Positions 29,641 to 32,000 of a stretch of 32,000 nt of DNA are shown piece by piece (within the stretch, counting starts at the first letter, position 1; each line of letters opens with the position of its first letter). Under the pieces are notes generated by a model, which did not search any database, was not told where the DNA came from, and saw nothing but the letters and a program-made list of their open reading frames with translations. The stretch is from positions 480,001-512,000 of the forward strand of contig NZ_AP024987.1 in assembly GCF_020885515.1 (NCBI RefSeq), given 5' to 3'. Source of the DNA: a cyanobacterium endosymbiont of Braarudosphaera bigelowii. Its GTDB lineage: Bacteria; Cyanobacteriota; Cyanobacteriia; Cyanobacteriales; Microcystaceae. The position numbers and the translations under genes were made by a program.

Positions 29641-30198
29641 TTATAAGGTTCCGTTAAGACTTACACTTATACGTCGTAACTGGCCTCGAAGACTAGCATC
29701 AAATACTTGGGAGCCAATTTTGATAATGAATCCTCCAATTAAATCAGGATCCTTACCTATCTCCATTTCTACTGACTCAGCTCCAGTCAAACCTTTAATT
29801 TTATCGCTAATGGCAGAACGCTGTTCCTCGCTTATTTCAGTTGTAACAGTCACTTCAGCGAGAACAGTGTTAGTTAATTTTCTTGCCAAATCTATATATC
29901 TTTGGCAGACAGCTTGAAGTAAAGCGATTCTTCGCTTTTCTATTAGAAGCATTACAAAATTACAAAAATACTGATGAGTATTTTTCCCAATAATCTTATT
30001 TAGTACAGACTTTTTGTCCTCGTCTTGAATAACAGGAGAACTAATAAAAGCTTTTAGCTCTGAGGAATCTTCTAGAATCTGCAAAACAGTTCTACAGTCT
30101 TGTTCAACTAATCTCGTGATTTTATGGGACTCAGCAATAGACATCATAGCTTGAGCGTAGGGCTCTGCAATTTCTGCATTAACTAATGATCCTTTCAC
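29641..30198 (-). CDS. atpD: F1 ATP synthase delta subunit (OSCP)
   Basis: 185 aa. OSCP-family pattern (AEPYAQALM-type N-terminus, C-terminal GG..I.IG..V.D.S.RG.L). The GTG start at 30198 shares its G with the TAG stop of atpF (1-nt overlap), suggesting translational coupling. Confidence 0.9.
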   Translation of the reverse strand: MKGSLVNAEIAEPYAQAMMSIAESHKITRLVEQDCRTVLQILEDSSELKAFISSPVIQDEDKKSVLNKIIGKNTHQYFCNFVMLLIEKRRIALLQAVCQRYIDLARKLTNTVLAEVTVTTEISEEQRSAISDKIKGLTGAESVEMEIGKDPDLIGGFIIKIGSQVFDASLRGQLRRISVSLNGTL

Positions 30199-30734
30199 TA
30201 TGAACCTCCTAACCGATTAATGCTACGGTTAATAAGCATTTGCTGAGCATTATTATCAACCTTGGACTTTAATTGCTCTTCTGCCTTGACAACAGCTTGT
30301 TCCGCAATTTGTTTCTTCAACTGTGCAATTACTCTTTCTTGCTCAGAGGAAAGATCTGCAGCAGCGGTTTCTTTAAGACGAACAATATCTTGTTCATTCT
30401 GAGCTAAAATTTCAGCTTTAATAGCTATAGCTCTTTCTTGAGCAGCTTTGTGAATTTTTTCTGCTTCAATTTGAGCTTGGGCTAATTTTTTCTCTTCCTG
30501 AGCCAAAGAAGTAATTGCTTGCTGTTGTTTTTTTTCAGCTTCTTGAATAGACAGGGCTATTGCATTGTGCCTTTCACTGAGGGTATCTCCTATGGCTTTA
30601 CGTCCGTAGAATATTAAAATACCAACAAGAATGGTTAAGTTGAAAATGTTACTTTCCAAAAAATCGAAATGAAGCCCAATTAAGGGTCCATTTTCAGCGT
30701 GACTTTCAGCGACTAATAATAAAGAATCGATCAT
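30198..30734 (-). CDS. atpF: F0 ATP synthase subunit b
   Basis: 178 aa. One N-terminal TM helix (NLTILVGILIFYG), then a long A/E/Q/K-rich helix. Its position in the operon is as expected. Confidence 0.9.
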   Translation of the reverse strand: MIDSLLLVAESHAENGPLIGLHFDFLESNIFNLTILVGILIFYGRKAIGDTLSERHNAIALSIQEAEKKQQQAITSLAQEEKKLAQAQIEAEKIHKAAQERAIAIKAEILAQNEQDIVRLKETAAADLSSEQERVIAQLKKQIAEQAVVKAEEQLKSKVDNNAQQMLINRSINRLGGS

Positions 30735-30763
30735 ACCGGTTTATCACCCAAAGGACGGCGTCG

Positions 30764-31195
30764 TTACTTGATTAACTCTGGACCTAAAAGCTTTTCCAGA
30801 ATTTGATGACTTAAAACATCGACTTGTTTTTCTAGAACTTTTAGAGCATCTTGGCGCTGTTGTGCAATTTCTTTAGCAACAGCTTCTTTTTTAGCTTGGG
30901 CTTCTTGTTGAGCAATAACAATTGCTTCATTAGCAATTATTTTAGCCTCTGACTGAGCTGAAATGACAATCTCTTGAGATTGTTTTCTTGTCTCTGATAA
31001 TTGTTGTTCATACTGAGCAGCCAGCTCTCTAGCTTTATCTAAATGCTCTTTCCCACCTATTTCTTGCTGACGAATATAATCAGCTCGCTTGTCTAGTACC
31101 TCATTAAGAGGCTTATAAAAAATGGCATTTAGAACAACTGCTAATAAGATAAATTGCAATGCCATGACCGGCAAAGTTGCGTCAAAATCAAACAT
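30764..31195 (-). CDS. atpG: F0 ATP synthase subunit b' (cyanobacterial/plastid-type second b subunit)
   Basis: 143 aa. [30 protein letters not shown] is the characteristic b' N-terminus, followed by a charged helix. Confidence 0.9.
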   Translation of the reverse strand: MFDFDATLPVMALQFILLAVVLNAIFYKPLNEVLDKRADYIRQQEIGGKEHLDKARELAAQYEQQLSETRKQSQEIVISAQSEAKIIANEAIVIAQQEAQAKKEAVAKEIAQQRQDALKVLEKQVDVLSHQILEKLLGPELIK

Positions 31196-31229
31196 AACTT
31201 ACTCAACTAGATCTTTTACTTTATGATTG

Positions 31230-31253
31230 AGAGGCAGCCATATGGCTGCCTCT
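31230..31253 (-). other. Perfect 24-nt palindrome (10-bp stem, 4-nt loop as RNA) between atpH and atpG
   Basis: AGAGGCAGCCATATGGCTGCCTCT. It starts 16 nt downstream of the c-subunit stop and is GC-rich relative to its surroundings. Confidence 0.45.
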
Positions 31254-31269
31254 ATTAATCGACTAAATC

Positions 31270-31527
<258 letters not shown>

Positions 31528-31771
31528 TCAATTTTATTGATAAAACAAATTAGAAGCTAATTGTCAACTTAAATAGTTTAGGAGTATAGGTCTTAAAAAC
31601 AAGACTAGAAATAGTTAGTTCTGTCTCTACAAACTCCCAATAAGTAAGGACCTGAGTTAATAATGGAAACTTTATATCCATCTCCTCTGTCTATTGTCTT
31701 ACGTTTTGGTCATTTTTGCGTAACAGATATTTTCCTTTTTGATAGTCTGTTTAATTAGAACCTTACTCTTA

Positions 31772-32000
31772 TTAATGTCCTTCTTCCTCTTCTGATTCAA
31801 TTGCTTCGTGAATATAAGCTCCTGCCAGGGTAGCAAACACTAAAGCTTGAATCGCACTAGTAAATAGTCCTAGTGCCATTAGTGGTAATGGCACTAGTAG
31901 AGGAACAAGAAATACAAGTACTCCTACTACTAATTCATCAGCCAGAATATTACCAAACAGACGGAAGCTCAGAGAGAGAGGCTTGGTAAAATCTTCTAAA
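31772..32000 (-). CDS. atpI: F0 ATP synthase subunit a, C-terminal part only (runs off the window)
   Basis: Not in the ORF track because no start codon lies in the window. My minus-strand translation gives ...[70 protein letters not shown], with the stop at 31772-31774. It contains the essential-Arg motif LSFRLFGN. Confidence 0.9.
   Translation of the reverse strand, partial: LEDFTKPLSLSFRLFGNILADELVVGVLVFLVPLLVPLPLMALGLFTSAIQALVFATLAGAYIHEAIESEEEEGH

Noticed and set aside
31550-31681. 43-codon minus-strand ORF (MDIKFPLLTQVLTYWEFVETELTISSLVFKTYTPKLFKLTISF) in the atpI-atpH spacer
   Set aside because: The GAGGAG sits directly against the ATG with no spacing. There is no TM helix or known atp-associated small-protein pattern. 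A stop-free run of this length is plausible by chance given the amount of spacer DNA scanned.

Overview
This is an AT-rich cyanobacterial chromosomal segment (intergenic DNA is extremely AT-rich), densely packed with core housekeeping genes on both strands. I found no convincing novel multi-gene system, and the findings below are scored modestly for that reason.

Gene content, left to right:
- Envelope and carotenoids: 3' part of an MlaD/MCE lipid-transport protein, then crtP(pds)-crtB for carotenoid synthesis.
- A solitary HicB-like small protein, then ychF.
- An unlisted 33-codon petL (cytochrome b6f).
- Lipid synthesis: plsX-fabH-fabD.
- hypD ([NiFe]-hydrogenase maturation) and sufE.
- A short PBP4/DacB-like DD-peptidase, tsaB, and a UPF0104 membrane protein.
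- An lpxA-lpxB-GTPase operon.
- An IctB/O-antigen-ligase-family protein, a lone ABC ATPase, a small acidic protein, mraY, tlyA, dnaN and menD.
- The complete cyanobacterial atp1 operon on the minus strand, in the order atpI-H-G-F-D-A-C. atpI runs off the right edge.

Lineage inference: protein similarity (for example the ATP synthase c subunit) and the gene set suggest a genome-reduced member of the Cyanothece/Crocosphaera clade. The PSI/b6f cofactor genes plus hypD, the lack of mobile DNA and the AT richness fit a UCYN-A (Candidatus Atelocyanobacterium)-like organism. I cannot verify this without a database search.

What I did not find: CRISPR array, transposase, integrase, phage gene, rRNA/tRNA, or any recognisable defence or secondary-metabolite system.

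Items most worth a second look:
- The orphan HicB-like gene in a long AT-rich gap.
- The missed petL, whose stop codon sits inside a 24-bp perfect hairpin.
- The GTPase ORF, which abuts lpxB in the same frame across a single TAA and has no ATG for about 100 codons.
- A PBP4-family protein that appears to lack the domain II/III insertion.
- A tandem AGAATTCT palindrome pair directly upstream of plsX.
- RNA-structure punctuation and a long spacer inside the atp operon.
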